The notes: generated by a model from the sequence alone, not told the origin. A stretch of DNA of 64,000 bases from Abditibacterium sp. (GCA_965246885.1 OZ251992.1:2976001-3040000), one strand, 5' to 3'. Positions 28,790 through 38,962 are shown, counted from the stretch's first letter. Numbers and translations are program-made.

Positions 28790-29230
28790 TCAAAGCTCGG
28801 CAATGCGCGCGATTTCGCCGATAAAGGCGCTCCAGATGGCGTCCGGCGCCCAGATTTTTTCCAAGTCGCCCCGCGCGGCGGCGGGGTCTTCGCCATTGAG
28901 GACGCGGAACAGGAACACGAAGACGCTCACGCGCCTGTTCTTGGCGCAGTGCACGAGGACGCGCCGCCCCTTACAAGAGCGCAAGACGGCCTCGAACAGC
29001 GCGAAGTCGTCCAACTTGGGCGCCGTCCACACGACCGGTAGCGCGACGTATTGCATCCCGGCATCGAGCACAGCGCGCGCTTCTTCCACGTCATAAGCCG
29101 TCGAGCGCGGCTCCGATAAGTTGATGACGACTTCGATGCCGTTTAGCGCAAGGAGGGCGAAGTCGCCGTGCGCAGGTTGCCCACTCGTCCACAGTTCGGG
29201 CGAGATAGCGAGGAAATGGGGGATTTGCAT
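28790..29230 (-). CDS. DUF442/PTP-like phosphatase-fold protein
   Basis: TSGQP, VINL and VHCAKNRRVS (CX5R). Confidence 0.8.
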   Translation of the reverse strand: MQIPHFLAISPELWTSGQPAHGDFALLALNGIEVVINLSEPRSTAYDVEEARAVLDAGMQYVALPVVWTAPKLDDFALFEAVLRSCKGRRVLVHCAKNRRVSVFVFLFRVLNGEDPAAARGDLEKIWAPDAIWSAFIGEIARIAEL

Positions 29231-29232
29231 GG

Positions 29233-31179
29233 CTATTTCTTCAATCCAGCCAGTTTGAGCACCCCCGACACGAACGAAGCCATCGCCCAGCCGTGTGGCG
29301 CGGCCCAATACGTTTGCCCGTCGGGGCCTTGCATCAGTTCGGGCAGTAGGCCCGTTGGCGTGGCGCGCTTCAAGACGACAAGGAGAAAGCCCTCGGCGCG
29401 CGTGATTAGCTCGTCTGCTTCGGCGCCCCGCCCGCGCGTGCGGAGGGCATCGGCGACGTGCAAGCAACAGCGCGCCATCCATAGCGTATTGACGCACGCG
29501 GGAACGCCGCCGACGTATTCATCGCCCTCGAAGCGGCGAATGGCCCGCCCGCCCTGCCAGTCCACTTCCAACTTCTCGGTGATGACTTGCAAGGTGCCCA
29601 GCGCCACGTCCAGTTCGGCGTCGCGGGAAAGGTCGAGCAAGCCGAACGGCTCAATGGCGCCCAAGCTGGCCGAATCAACCACCCCATCGGGCGAACCGTC
29701 CTGTTTGAAGCCGCGCACCAGAAAGCGGATGCCTCCCTGTTCGCGCGTGAAGTGGCGCAGGACGCCGGACTTGACGCGCGAAGCGGCGATGGCGAATTTC
29801 GGCTCATCGCACTCGCGTGCGGCGACCACGAGGTGCGCGTAGATGGCGGCGTTGGAATAGGTGAAGGAGCCGATGAAGGTTTCCCATGTGTCGAAAGCGT
29901 TGAGGTGAACGCCCGTGCGCTCATCCAAGCGGGAAAGGAGGTAATCGCCGGACACCCGCAGCATCCGTTTGTATTCGGGCGTCGCCTCGAAGCCGGGGAG
30001 GTCGGTTAGGCACTTGCCGAACGCCCAGCCAACAGCGCCGACTTCGTCTATTTGAAGCGTGTCGGGCGGTAGGCACCAGTTGGGCGCCACTTCGCCGTTG
30101 AGGTGGTAACGCTGGTGCCACAAGCCGCGCAAGTCTTGGTGGCGCGCGCACCACGCGAAAAACCCGCGCGCGAATTCCGGGTAGCCCGCGTCCAAGAGGC
30201 CCGACACGTACTCCCCCCCGTCGCGCGGCCAGTGATAGCCGTAGCCGCCGCAGGAAATGAACTCTGGGTCGAACTCCGGCGCCGCCACCGCCGCGCCCTC
30301 TTCGCCGTTGAGAAGCGGCAAGCACAAAAGGGAGCGCTTGTAAGCGTGGAAGAGTTCGGGAGACAAGGAGTGGGCGGGCGTGGGCGCAAGCCCCGCCAAC
30401 GTCGCCAAGCCGCGCTCCAAGTGCGCGGCGTCCACGCGCGCCCGCTCGTCGCGCATCCACTCGAAGCCGCGCGCCTTGCCCACGCCCAACACGTTGCGCG
30501 CTTCGCTCTCGCTTTCGCCGAGCGCGAAATACAGCGTCCTTTCAGCCTGCTCGCCCGGCTCCAAGTCGAGGTAAAAACCAAGCGCGAAGTTCACATCTCC
30601 TATTTCCAGTTCGTTGCTCGCCAAGACGCCGCGCTCTAAGGCATAACGGGCGTTGCTATTCCAGTTCGCGCCCGCTTTGCCCAAGTGGTGCCCTTCCAAG
30701 CCGTCGCCGCCGATGGCGAGGGCGAAGTCGCGGTGGTTCTGAATGAGGGTGCGGGTTTCGCTATCGAAGCGCACGCCGTTCCCCTCGCGGTGCCCGCCCA
30801 ATTTCCAGTCACCCAAATGGTAAATGCCGCCGTTCCAGCGTGCCTCACCCATATTGCGCACGCGCACCCGCCGGGCCAGAAGGGGGAAGTTGTCGGGCAT
30901 TACGTCCTCGAATTCCAGTTCCAACCCGCCCGCGCGGAGCGCCGTGTGCAGGACGTTGGAGTCGCCGACGTAGTGCTGCTCGCGCTCGAAGGCGCCCTCA
31001 AACGTGAAGTGCAACTGTCCATGTCCGCCGTCGCCGAAGTAAACGCACGGCAAGCAGGCGGTGATGTGCTGGAAGGCGTCCTTGTGGGGGTAGAACCACG
31101 CCATGATCTCGCCCGAATTGCCGAGAGTGACGAGGTTGTGAATGTTTCCGACGACCGAAGTTGGGAGATAAACGGGCAT
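29233..31179 (-). CDS. Glycoside hydrolase family 15 (glucoamylase-like)
   Basis: AAPE, GYGYHWPRDG, QIDE, DTWE and LLPE motifs. Confidence 0.9.
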   Translation of the reverse strand: MPVYLPTSVVGNIHNLVTLGNSGEIMAWFYPHKDAFQHITACLPCVYFGDGGHGQLHFTFEGAFEREQHYVGDSNVLHTALRAGGLELEFEDVMPDNFPLLARRVRVRNMGEARWNGGIYHLGDWKLGGHREGNGVRFDSETRTLIQNHRDFALAIGGDGLEGHHLGKAGANWNSNARYALERGVLASNELEIGDVNFALGFYLDLEPGEQAERTLYFALGESESEARNVLGVGKARGFEWMRDERARVDAAHLERGLATLAGLAPTPAHSLSPELFHAYKRSLLCLPLLNGEEGAAVAAPEFDPEFISCGGYGYHWPRDGGEYVSGLLDAGYPEFARGFFAWCARHQDLRGLWHQRYHLNGEVAPNWCLPPDTLQIDEVGAVGWAFGKCLTDLPGFEATPEYKRMLRVSGDYLLSRLDERTGVHLNAFDTWETFIGSFTYSNAAIYAHLVVAARECDEPKFAIAASRVKSGVLRHFTREQGGIRFLVRGFKQDGSPDGVVDSASLGAIEPFGLLDLSRDAELDVALGTLQVITEKLEVDWQGGRAIRRFEGDEYVGGVPACVNTLWMARCCLHVADALRTRGRGAEADELITRAEGFLLVVLKRATPTGLLPELMQGPDGQTYWAAPHGWAMASFVSGVLKLAGLKK

Positions 31180-31191
31180 GACCGGAAGATT

Positions 31192-32322
31192 TTAACGCGC
31201 CTCCGCCCCACACGCGCGAAACGCCGCCACAATGCGCGCTAAATCCGTCCGCGTCCACTCGCTCGATGCCCCGATGCGCAGCCGCGAGGTGCCGCGCGCG
31301 ACGGTAGGCGGGCGAATGGCGGGGCACCAAATCCCGCGCGCTTCTAACTCTGCCGCAAGCGCAAGCGCCCCGCGCTCCTCGCCGACAATGACCGGCACAA
31401 TCGCCGCGCCCTCCCAGCGCGCGTCAAAGCCCGCCTCGCGGAGCGCCTCCGCCAAAGCGTGGGCGTTGTCGCGGCAACGTCCGGCGCGTTCCGGCTCCCG
31501 TTGCAACACGCGGAGCGCCGCCAGAGCCGCGCCGACGGCAGGCGGGTTTAATCCGGTCGAATAAATGAATGAACCAGCCGTTGCCGTAAGATAATCCACC
31601 GCCGCGCGAGGCCCGCAGACGAATCCGCCTTGACTGCCGAAGGCTTTCGAGAGCGTGCCAACGGTTAGAATCCGGTCGGAGACGGCGCCGAAATGCTCCG
31701 CGACGCCCCGCCCCGTCACGCCGACGACTCCGGTGCCATGCGCGTCGTCCAGCACCAGAACAGCGTCGAACGCCTCGCAGAGTGCCAACACTTCCGGAAG
31801 CGGCAACAAGTCGCCGTCCATCGAAAACACGCCGTCCGCCACGACGATTCTTCGGCCCGCTTTCGCGCCCTCCAAGAGCGATTCCAACCTCGCGGGCGTC
31901 TCCCAAAACCGCACCGACGCCCCCTTCGCGCCCGCCAAACGGCAACCGTCCAACAGGGAAGCGTGATTGCGCTTGTGGCACAAGAGCAACGTATCGCGCC
32001 CCGCCAGCGCGCCCAAAACCCCGACATTCGCCGCGAACCCCGACGAAAACACCAGCGCCGCCTCGCACCCTTTCCAAGCCGCCAACTCCGCCTCGAACTC
32101 CTCGACAAGCGAAAAATGCCCCGACACCAGCCGCGACGCCCGCGCCCCCGCCCCAAACTCGGAGGCTGCCGCCCGCGCCCCCTCCACGACGGCGGGATGC
32201 CGCGCCAACCCCAAATAATCGTTCGACGCAATGTCCAGCACCCCCTCCGGCACCCCGCGCAAAGCCCGCCCCCGCCCCGCCAAAGCGCGCGCTTCCAACT
32301 CCACCCGCAGTTCATCCCACAT
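31192..32322 (-). CDS. bioF: 8-amino-7-oxononanoate synthase
   Basis: SNDYLGL, ASRLVSG, NHASL, FSMDGD, DDAHG, GTLSKAFG and IRPPTV motifs. Confidence 0.9.
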   Translation of the reverse strand: MWDELRVELEARALAGRGRALRGVPEGVLDIASNDYLGLARHPAVVEGARAAASEFGAGARASRLVSGHFSLVEEFEAELAAWKGCEAALVFSSGFAANVGVLGALAGRDTLLLCHKRNHASLLDGCRLAGAKGASVRFWETPARLESLLEGAKAGRRIVVADGVFSMDGDLLPLPEVLALCEAFDAVLVLDDAHGTGVVGVTGRGVAEHFGAVSDRILTVGTLSKAFGSQGGFVCGPRAAVDYLTATAGSFIYSTGLNPPAVGAALAALRVLQREPERAGRCRDNAHALAEALREAGFDARWEGAAIVPVIVGEERGALALAAELEARGIWCPAIRPPTVARGTSRLRIGASSEWTRTDLARIVAAFRACGAEAR

Positions 32323-33305
32323 CACGAATTCCCCAACAACGCCGGAATTTCTTCGGGCGCGACTTTGCCCCGCAACCACTCGCGCAGGCGCAAATGCGCT
32401 TCGAGGCGCTCGTGTTGGGTGGGCTTTGCAACGGGTAGGTCAAAAAATGGGCCAGCGCCAGAAGGGGACGAGTGGGTTAGATACTCGACGGCGCGATGGT
32501 GTGCGAAGTCTTTATTCCAAGCAGGGCGGTAATGACGGTAGGCGGCAGCAACTAACTGCCTCAACTCCTCTGTAACATTGGTGGGCTTCTCTCTACCAAA
32601 GGAAAACCCGAACAAAGGCTCGTCTTCCGGTTCAAATTCACCAAACGCATCGAGTTGATGAATCCACCCGCCTTCGTCATGATTCCAGCAGATGCACGCC
32701 CACGCAATCCAAATCAGAACTTGCTTCCACTGGTCGAAGTCGTCCTTGACTTGAGCGACAAAACGCCATCTCTCTTCGCGGCTTAGTGTCAGCCACTTCA
32801 ACGCAAACGCACAGTCGCTCTCCTCATCGGATAGCAGTTCATGGACGCAACTTTGTATTTCTGCGTCTGGCGCCGTCAGAACCCACTGGAAGCTCATGCC
32901 TTCTGGAAACTCCCAAGGCGCCTCTCCACTGCCAACCGACTGTTGCCAATGCGCCATGTCTCTACATAGCCGCAACTGGAGGTCGAAGGAAATATGCTGA
33001 TAGTCCAACTTCCGGCTCCAAGACCACTTTCTCAGTATTTCTTCGGGATTCTCAAGCCTCTTCTCTAACGTCGGCTCTGAGCGGCGGCGGTAAGAGTAGA
33101 GAACAGGCGAGTGAGTAGCATCCAATCGCAAGAACACCATTGTCTTGTCTAAAGAGTAAAGAGCGGGATTTCCACCAAAGCACTCGCGCAGTAAATACCA
33201 ATCTTCCCCCACCTGAACGCGCGCCGACGCGGGAGCGACGGCGGGTTCATCCTCCGCGCACTCCTCCAATTCCAACGGCCCCAACTCAAAGTCTGGCAAC
33301 GGCAT
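32322..33305 (-). CDS. Hypothetical protein with low-GC core
   Basis: 327-aa ORF abutting both neighbours; no family recognised. Confidence 0.7.
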   Translation of the reverse strand: MPLPDFELGPLELEECAEDEPAVAPASARVQVGEDWYLLRECFGGNPALYSLDKTMVFLRLDATHSPVLYSYRRRSEPTLEKRLENPEEILRKWSWSRKLDYQHISFDLQLRLCRDMAHWQQSVGSGEAPWEFPEGMSFQWVLTAPDAEIQSCVHELLSDEESDCAFALKWLTLSREERWRFVAQVKDDFDQWKQVLIWIAWACICWNHDEGGWIHQLDAFGEFEPEDEPLFGFSFGREKPTNVTEELRQLVAAAYRHYRPAWNKDFAHHRAVEYLTHSSPSGAGPFFDLPVAKPTQHERLEAHLRLREWLRGKVAPEEIPALLGNS

Positions 33306-33312
33306 AATCGGC

Positions 33313-34077
33313 TCAATCGCGCGATGGCGCTGTCCAGTCGGGGATTTGGTCGTCGTCTATGGCGCCGTAGAGGGCGAAGGGGTGGCCGCCGCGTAATGCC
33401 CAGCCCGGTTCGCCGTAGCTCCAGTGCCACCATTCGCCGGGGAAGTTCGTCAGGCCCGACTGGGTGAGAACATCCGCCAGCAGGAGGCGGTTGCGGCGCG
33501 CTTCGGCGCTTAGTCCTTCTTTGCGCATGGGCGCCGAGTCCCAGCCCATCTCGAAGGGCGAGATGAAGTCGAGGCGCTCGCCCGCCGCGTCCACGATGCC
33601 AACGTCTACGGCGCCGCCCGTCGTGTGTGGGGGCGGCGTGTCCCAAATGGGGGGCGCCGAAAAGACGTTGATGTATTGCGTCAGGAACGCCTCGCTCCAG
33701 TGCGGGTGCTTTTGGCGCGTCTCCTCGCGCACGATGTCATACATCGCCTTTTGCGTGGCGAAGGGGCGAAAGACGCCGATGATGAGCAGGTGCAAGCCGT
33801 CGGGCAGAAGCCCTTGCGCGTGCGCCAGTTGGTTGGCGAGCGTGAGGCGCCCCAAGCCGTAGCGCGGAAAATCGAAGCGCGGGCTTTCGTGCAGCCAGCG
33901 CAACTCCGGGCAAACCGCGAAGACATCCACGAGCGGCTCGCCGTTGTCGCGCGTGGGGATGGGGATGAGCTTGCTCACCGGCTCGCCAAAGTCGTCTATT
34001 TCGGGCAGGGCGGGCAAATCCGCGTCGAGGTCGGTTTCGGGATCGAGTTCGTCGGTATGGTGGTCGCGCGAGGTCAT
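33313..34077 (-). CDS. M15D D-Ala-D-Ala dipeptidase (VanX/DdpX-like)
   Basis: FRP, PPPHTTGGAVDV and EWWHWSYG motifs. Confidence 0.9.
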   Translation of the reverse strand: MTSRDHHTDELDPETDLDADLPALPEIDDFGEPVSKLIPIPTRDNGEPLVDVFAVCPELRWLHESPRFDFPRYGLGRLTLANQLAHAQGLLPDGLHLLIIGVFRPFATQKAMYDIVREETRQKHPHWSEAFLTQYINVFSAPPIWDTPPPHTTGGAVDVGIVDAAGERLDFISPFEMGWDSAPMRKEGLSAEARRNRLLLADVLTQSGLTNFPGEWWHWSYGEPGWALRGGHPFALYGAIDDDQIPDWTAPSRD

Positions 34078-34155
34078 TGGCTTTGAGTGTGGCAAGGTCA
34101 GCGCCCCGCCAGAACCGCGCCAATGGTGGGGAGAGCCATTGGATACGCTTTATGG

Positions 34156-34977
34156 ATGCAAACCCTGCTTGTCGTTGGCGGCTCGTTCGACTTCTCCGGC
34201 GATTTCCCTGAACTGCGCGTTGTTCATCGCTCGCTAAGCGGCGCGAAGTGGTTGCTGGGCGGGGAGAACGCGCTTTACTTTCTTGACCGGAGCGGAGCGA
34301 TTCGCGCGGATGCCATCTTGTGGCGCGTCGGGGCGATTCGGGCGCGCGAAGAACATCGGCACGCGCTCGAACTGATTCGCTTGGCGGGCATACCGTGCGT
34401 CAACGCCGCCCAAACACTGCTGCGCGGCTTCGAGCGGTTGTCCATGCTGGCCGAACTGCGCGAAGCGGGCGTGCCGATGTTGCCGTTTTCGGTCACGCTG
34501 GGCGAAGGCGCGCTCGAAGAAGTGGAGCCGGAGTTGCCGTGCGTTCTCAAGGTCGGCAACTGGCATGGCGGCGTTGGCAAGGCGAAGCTGGAGGCGCGCG
34601 AGAACTATTTGGACGCGCGCGATTTGGCGAGCGCGGCGGGAGATTACACGACCATAGAGCCGTTCATCGAATATCGGCGCGACGTGCGAGTTTTGACCGT
34701 CGGCGAGCGGCTGTGGGCGATGGAGCGCGCTTCAAGTGCGTGGAAAGTCAATCGCGGCGACGCGCAGGTGCGCCTTATCGAACCGCCCGACGAACTCGCG
34801 CGCTGGACGAAGCGCGTGCGCGAGCATCTGGGCGCCGACATGCTGGGCTTGGACTGGATCGAAGCGCCGGACGGCGCGTGGTGGTGCCTCGAATCGAACG
34901 ACGTGCCGGGGCTTGCGGGCTGGCCCGACGAGGTGCGCCGCGCATTGGTAGCGAACGTGCGGAACAAAATCGCCTGA
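34156..34977 (+). CDS. RimK-like ATP-grasp protein
   Basis: PCVLKVGNWHGGVGK, EPFIE..DVRV, WK.N, GLDW and LESN motifs. Confidence 0.85.
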   Translation: MQTLLVVGGSFDFSGDFPELRVVHRSLSGAKWLLGGENALYFLDRSGAIRADAILWRVGAIRAREEHRHALELIRLAGIPCVNAAQTLLRGFERLSMLAELREAGVPMLPFSVTLGEGALEEVEPELPCVLKVGNWHGGVGKAKLEARENYLDARDLASAAGDYTTIEPFIEYRRDVRVLTVGERLWAMERASSAWKVNRGDAQVRLIEPPDELARWTKRVREHLGADMLGLDWIEAPDGAWWCLESNDVPGLAGWPDEVRRALVANVRNKIA

Positions 34978-34987
34978 GCGCCCCGTC

Positions 34988-35017
34988 TTGACAACGCGCT
35001 TCCCGGCGCCTTACAAT
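34988..35017 (+). promoter_or_regulatory. Sigma70-type promoter
   Basis: TTGACA-N18-TACAAT immediately upstream of the riboswitch. Confidence 0.7.
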
Positions 35018-35029
35018 CTCTGGGTTAAT

Positions 35030-35128
35030 TTCATAGCGCGCCCTTTTGGTTGGGGAAGTCCGGTGCAAGTCCGGCGCTGTCCCGCAACGGTAATGACTTT
35101 GGTCTAAGCCCGATTACCAACCCCAAGG
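35030..35128 (+). ncRNA. Cobalamin riboswitch (compact)
   Basis: GGGAA, CCGGTGCAAGTCCGG T-loop hairpin, GCTGTCCCGCAACGGTAA and AAGCCCG occur in canonical order; boundaries approximate. Confidence 0.88.
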
Positions 35129-35279
35129 CCGTCACAAAATCCCTGCGCGAGAACAGGGAAGACGAACCCGGCCCGCACCGCTCGTGCGCGGCTTGTCGCC
35201 CTTGGTGGCGCCCGTTTCCCCATTCTCAGCTTGGCTTTTGTGACACGCCCGCAGCCGCGTGCGACGGCTGCCGAGCCAC

Positions 35280-36122
35280 ATGTCACCCACATCCAACCAC
35301 CGCCCGCAACCGGGCCGGAGCGCTTTCACGCTCATAGAAATCCTCGTCGTCGTGGCGATTATCGCCCTGCTCGCCGCCATCCTGTTCCCGGCCTTTGCCC
35401 GCGCGAGGGAAAACGCGCGCCGCGCCAGTTGCCAATCGAACCTCAAGCAAATCGGCCTCGCGTGGATCCAATACTCGCAGGACTACGACGAGAAAATCAT
35501 GCGCTTCTCGACGGGCGCCGATTCCGCTTCCGTCGCTACGCCCGCCAATCCCATCAACTACTGGTGGGGCGGCTACGACGGCACCACCTTCCGCGCCGCC
35601 AACGGCCTCTTGCAACCTTATCTCAAGAGCGACCAAGTGCGCGCTTGCCCCTCGTTCACCGCCGCGCCCGCCAACGCCTACGAAGGCTCGACGGGCTACG
35701 CTTACAACGTCGACACCCTCGCGCCCACCGATTATCCGGCGCCCTCTTTCTCGCCGGTTCCGCGCACCGCCAGCCTTGCCTCGATTCAGGACACCGCCCA
35801 AACCGTCGCGTTCGCGGATTCGGCCCACTTGCGGAACTACGATCCCACCACCTTTGCGTCAATTTCGCCCGCCGTCTTCGAGGCCAATACCTTTCTAAGC
35901 GCGCCTAAAGCGAACTACCCCACTTTCGCGGCCCGTCACCTCGAAACCGGCAATGTCCTGTGGTGCGATGGGCACGTCAAAGCGATGCACCCGTTCTATC
36001 GCACTGGGAGCGTGGGTTTTGGCGCCTATTCTGCTGACGAGCTTCGCTCTTACAACCTCGGCGACATAGACCGCGACGGCGACCTTTCGACCGACGAACT
36101 CTTCAACGGCACCGGCAAGTAA
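35280..36122 (+). CDS. Prepilin-type N-terminal cleavage/methylation, DUF1559 and H-X9-DG protein
   Basis: [43 protein letters not shown] and [16 protein letters not shown]. Confidence 0.95.
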   Translation: MSPTSNHRPQPGRSAFTLIEILVVVAIIALLAAILFPAFARARENARRASCQSNLKQIGLAWIQYSQDYDEKIMRFSTGADSASVATPANPINYWWGGYDGTTFRAANGLLQPYLKSDQVRACPSFTAAPANAYEGSTGYAYNVDTLAPTDYPAPSFSPVPRTASLASIQDTAQTVAFADSAHLRNYDPTTFASISPAVFEANTFLSAPKANYPTFAARHLETGNVLWCDGHVKAMHPFYRTGSVGFGAYSADELRSYNLGDIDRDGDLSTDELFNGTGK

Positions 36123-36203
36123 ACAGCGCGACACTTGGGGGCGCCCGAAGACGCACTCAGGTGGCGAAACCGAACGAGGGGGCGCGTGATACTTCCGGGC
36201 ATC

Positions 36204-37415
36204 ATGCGCCCATTGCTCCTTCTCGTCCTGCTCGTCGCGTTGCCTCTGGGCGCGCGGGCGTGTCTCAACGACCGCGACTCCGACGCGCTCGCGGTTCAGA
36301 ACGGCCGCGTTCCCGATGCGTTGCGCGTCGTTAGTGGGCGCTTCGAGCGCAACCCGCCGCGCTTTTATCAAATGCGAATCGCGCGGGTGAGCGGCGAACT
36401 CAAAGTCCATCCGCGCGACTTCGGCTTATACGACGACCTCGCCGTCGCGCACGACAAGTTGGGCGACGACGAGGCGGCCCTGCGCGTCATGGCCGCCAAG
36501 CGCGCCCAGTTGCCCGCCTACAACGCGCACGACAAGGCCAACAAAGAAGCGTGGTATCGCTTCTTCGCCAACGACGGCACCTTCCGCGCCCACCTCTTCT
36601 TGCACGCGGGCGCCCCAGTCGCGGGGTTGGGCGAGATGAAACAAGCGCGGGCGGAGATCGCGCGCGCCCTGCGCATCAAGCCCAACGCCCACTTCGGGCG
36701 CGAGAAGTATCAGGTGGCGGTGATGGATTGGGTGGTGCTCGCCAAAACGGGCAAGACCGAGTTGTCGCTGGGCGACTGGATGCAAGCGCGCTTCAAATGG
36801 GACGGCGGCTACGACTGGCCAAGGCAACCGCTCGCACCGCAAAATCAAGAGGCCGCGCAAGGGTTGGCGGGCCTCATCGTGTTGGGCGCGGCGTGGCGCA
36901 GCCCCGACGTGTTCGACGCCCTCGCAACGGCCTTGGAAGCGCGCCCGACCATCGCGCTGTCGTATCTGGCGCGGCACCGGAGTCAGGAACTGCTCGCAGG
37001 CGGCGCCAAATCTCTTCAGCCCAAAGCCGTTCTGCCGTTGGACGAGTACTGGCTCCGCGACCGGATGGATCGCGGCCTGAACGACACCAACGCCAAGACC
37101 CTCGACGCCTTTTACCCGAAGCTGCGCGCCGATGCCGAAGCGTGGCAAACCCGCCGCGCGGCATGGATGAACGCCCGCTTTGTGCGCGGCGAGCATCCCG
37201 ATACCGATGCCGACTTCTGGCGGGGTTGGCAAGATAGCGCGCCCATGTCGCTCGATGTCGCGTGGTATGACACCCGCGCCGAAACTCAGCGCATAATGCG
37301 CAACGCGAAGTTCATCGCATTGTCAACGGTGTTGGGGGTTCCCACACTGCTTTTGGTCGCCTGCTTCTGGTTCGCGCGCCGTCGCCGCGCCAAGCGCCAG
37401 AACGCTCCCACTTAA
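36204..37415 (+). CDS. Secreted TPR-like protein with C-terminal membrane anchor
   Basis: Signal peptide; C-terminal TM followed by RRRRAKR. Confidence 0.75.
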   Translation: MRPLLLLVLLVALPLGARACLNDRDSDALAVQNGRVPDALRVVSGRFERNPPRFYQMRIARVSGELKVHPRDFGLYDDLAVAHDKLGDDEAALRVMAAKRAQLPAYNAHDKANKEAWYRFFANDGTFRAHLFLHAGAPVAGLGEMKQARAEIARALRIKPNAHFGREKYQVAVMDWVVLAKTGKTELSLGDWMQARFKWDGGYDWPRQPLAPQNQEAAQGLAGLIVLGAAWRSPDVFDALATALEARPTIALSYLARHRSQELLAGGAKSLQPKAVLPLDEYWLRDRMDRGLNDTNAKTLDAFYPKLRADAEAWQTRRAAWMNARFVRGEHPDTDADFWRGWQDSAPMSLDVAWYDTRAETQRIMRNAKFIALSTVLGVPTLLLVACFWFARRRRAKRQNAPT

Positions 37416-37466
37416 GCGATTGCACTCGCGCCCAACTCGAAGCACACTGCGTTTCTACTTATCTCC

Positions 37467-38405
37467 ATGAAACACCTGCTGCCCTTGTTGCTCCTGTTGC
37501 TCGTGTCGGGGTGCGCGTCGAATCCCGGTGCCGGGTATGCCGGTAAGCAGTTAGCGACCGAGCGCAAGGCGTTCAAAACATCGCTTGTAGCGTCGGGGAT
37601 CGCGCGCGAAGCGGCACCGACCGCGCCGACGGATTTCATGCAAACGGTCAAGTTCCCCGCGCCATCGGGTCAACTGAGCGCCTATCTGAGCTATCCGCCC
37701 AAAGACGGGAGTAAAGTCCCCGGCGTGGTGTGGATAACGGGCGGCGATTGTAACTCCATCGGCTCGGTTTGGGAGCGCGAATCGCCTTCCAACGACCAAA
37801 CGGCCACGCAATACGGGCAGTTCGCCATGATGTACCCGTCGTTGCGCGGCGGCAACGACAACCCCGGCCAGAAAGAGGGCTTTTTGGGCGAAGTGGACGA
37901 CGTGCTCGCCGCCGCTGACTTCCTCGCCAAACAACCGGGCGTTGACCCCACCCGCATTTACTTGGGCGGCCACTCGACGGGCGGCACTCTTGCGTTGCTC
38001 ACGGCGGAAAGCACAAAGCGTTTCCGTGCCGTCTTCGCGTTTGGGCCGGTCGGCGACGTTTCGACCTACGGCGACGACCGCCAGTTTCTGCCCTTCGACA
38101 CGAGCAAGCCCGAGGAGATCGCCATTCGCTCGCCCATCAACTGGCTCCACTGCGTCCAGTCGCCGACATGGGTCATCGAAGGTGACGGGCGCGGCAACAG
38201 CGACCAACTGCGCCTCATGAAAGCCGCGACAAGCAACCCACAACTGCACTTCGTCGAAGTTGCGGGCGCGAGTCATTTCAGCGTCTTGGGCGCGTCCAAC
38301 GGCGTCATCGCTGGGAAAATCGCCGCCGATACGGGGCCAAATTGCAACATCGCCCTCGACGGCGACGAACTCGCCCGCGCAGTGAAAGCGGCGGGGGCAA
38401 CGTAA
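37467..38405 (+). CDS. Alpha/beta hydrolase (S9-like) lipoprotein
   Basis: Lipobox VSG-C; GHSTGG nucleophile; ASHFS. Confidence 0.85.
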   Translation: MKHLLPLLLLLLVSGCASNPGAGYAGKQLATERKAFKTSLVASGIAREAAPTAPTDFMQTVKFPAPSGQLSAYLSYPPKDGSKVPGVVWITGGDCNSIGSVWERESPSNDQTATQYGQFAMMYPSLRGGNDNPGQKEGFLGEVDDVLAAADFLAKQPGVDPTRIYLGGHSTGGTLALLTAESTKRFRAVFAFGPVGDVSTYGDDRQFLPFDTSKPEEIAIRSPINWLHCVQSPTWVIEGDGRGNSDQLRLMKAATSNPQLHFVEVAGASHFSVLGASNGVIAGKIAADTGPNCNIALDGDELARAVKAAGAT

Positions 38406-38416
38406 CCGGCGCCTGC

Positions 38417-38962
38417 ATGACCAGACCCACGCGCGAACAACTCCTCGCCGCCGCAGGGCGCACCATGCCCGACATTCTCGCGCCGGGGTTGCGCGTCGCG
38501 TTTTGCGGGATCAATCCGAGCGTTTATTCGGTGGTCGTCGGGCATCATTTCGCGCGGCCCGGCAATCGCTTTTGGCCCGCCTTGTTTGCGGCGGGCTTTA
38601 CTCCGGCGCGCTGGGCGCCTGCCCAAGACCGCGAGTTATTGGGGATGGGGTTGGGCATTACCAACGTAGTGGCGCGCTCCAGCGTGGCGGCGGCGGAAGT
38701 AACGCGCGCAGAGTTCGAGGCGGGCGGGCAACTGCTACGCGCCAAGATGGAGGAGTTCCGACCGGAAGTGCTGGCGGTGTTGGGCATTGGCGCCTACCGC
38801 GCGGCGTTCAATCGGCCCAAAGCGACGCTTGGCTTGCAAGCCGAAACCATCGGCACAACGCGCTTGTGGGTGTTGCCGAATCCAAGCGGCCTTAACGCAC
38901 ACTACCACCCGCCCGACTTAGCGCGCCTGTTCCGCGAATTGCGCGAGTGGGCGGATGAATGA
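38417..38962 (+). CDS. mug: G/U mismatch-specific DNA glycosylase
   Basis: CGINPS, HFARPGNRFW and LPNPSGLN motifs. Confidence 0.95.
   Translation: MTRPTREQLLAAAGRTMPDILAPGLRVAFCGINPSVYSVVVGHHFARPGNRFWPALFAAGFTPARWAPAQDRELLGMGLGITNVVARSSVAAAEVTRAEFEAGGQLLRAKMEEFRPEVLAVLGIGAYRAAFNRPKATLGLQAETIGTTRLWVLPNPSGLNAHYHPPDLARLFRELREWADE

Noticed and set aside
33313..34077. Vancomycin-resistance cluster
   Set aside because: Only an M15D dipeptidase is present. The divergent ATP-grasp protein is RimK-like rather than a D-Ala-D-Lac ligase, and there is no vanH, vanR or vanS.
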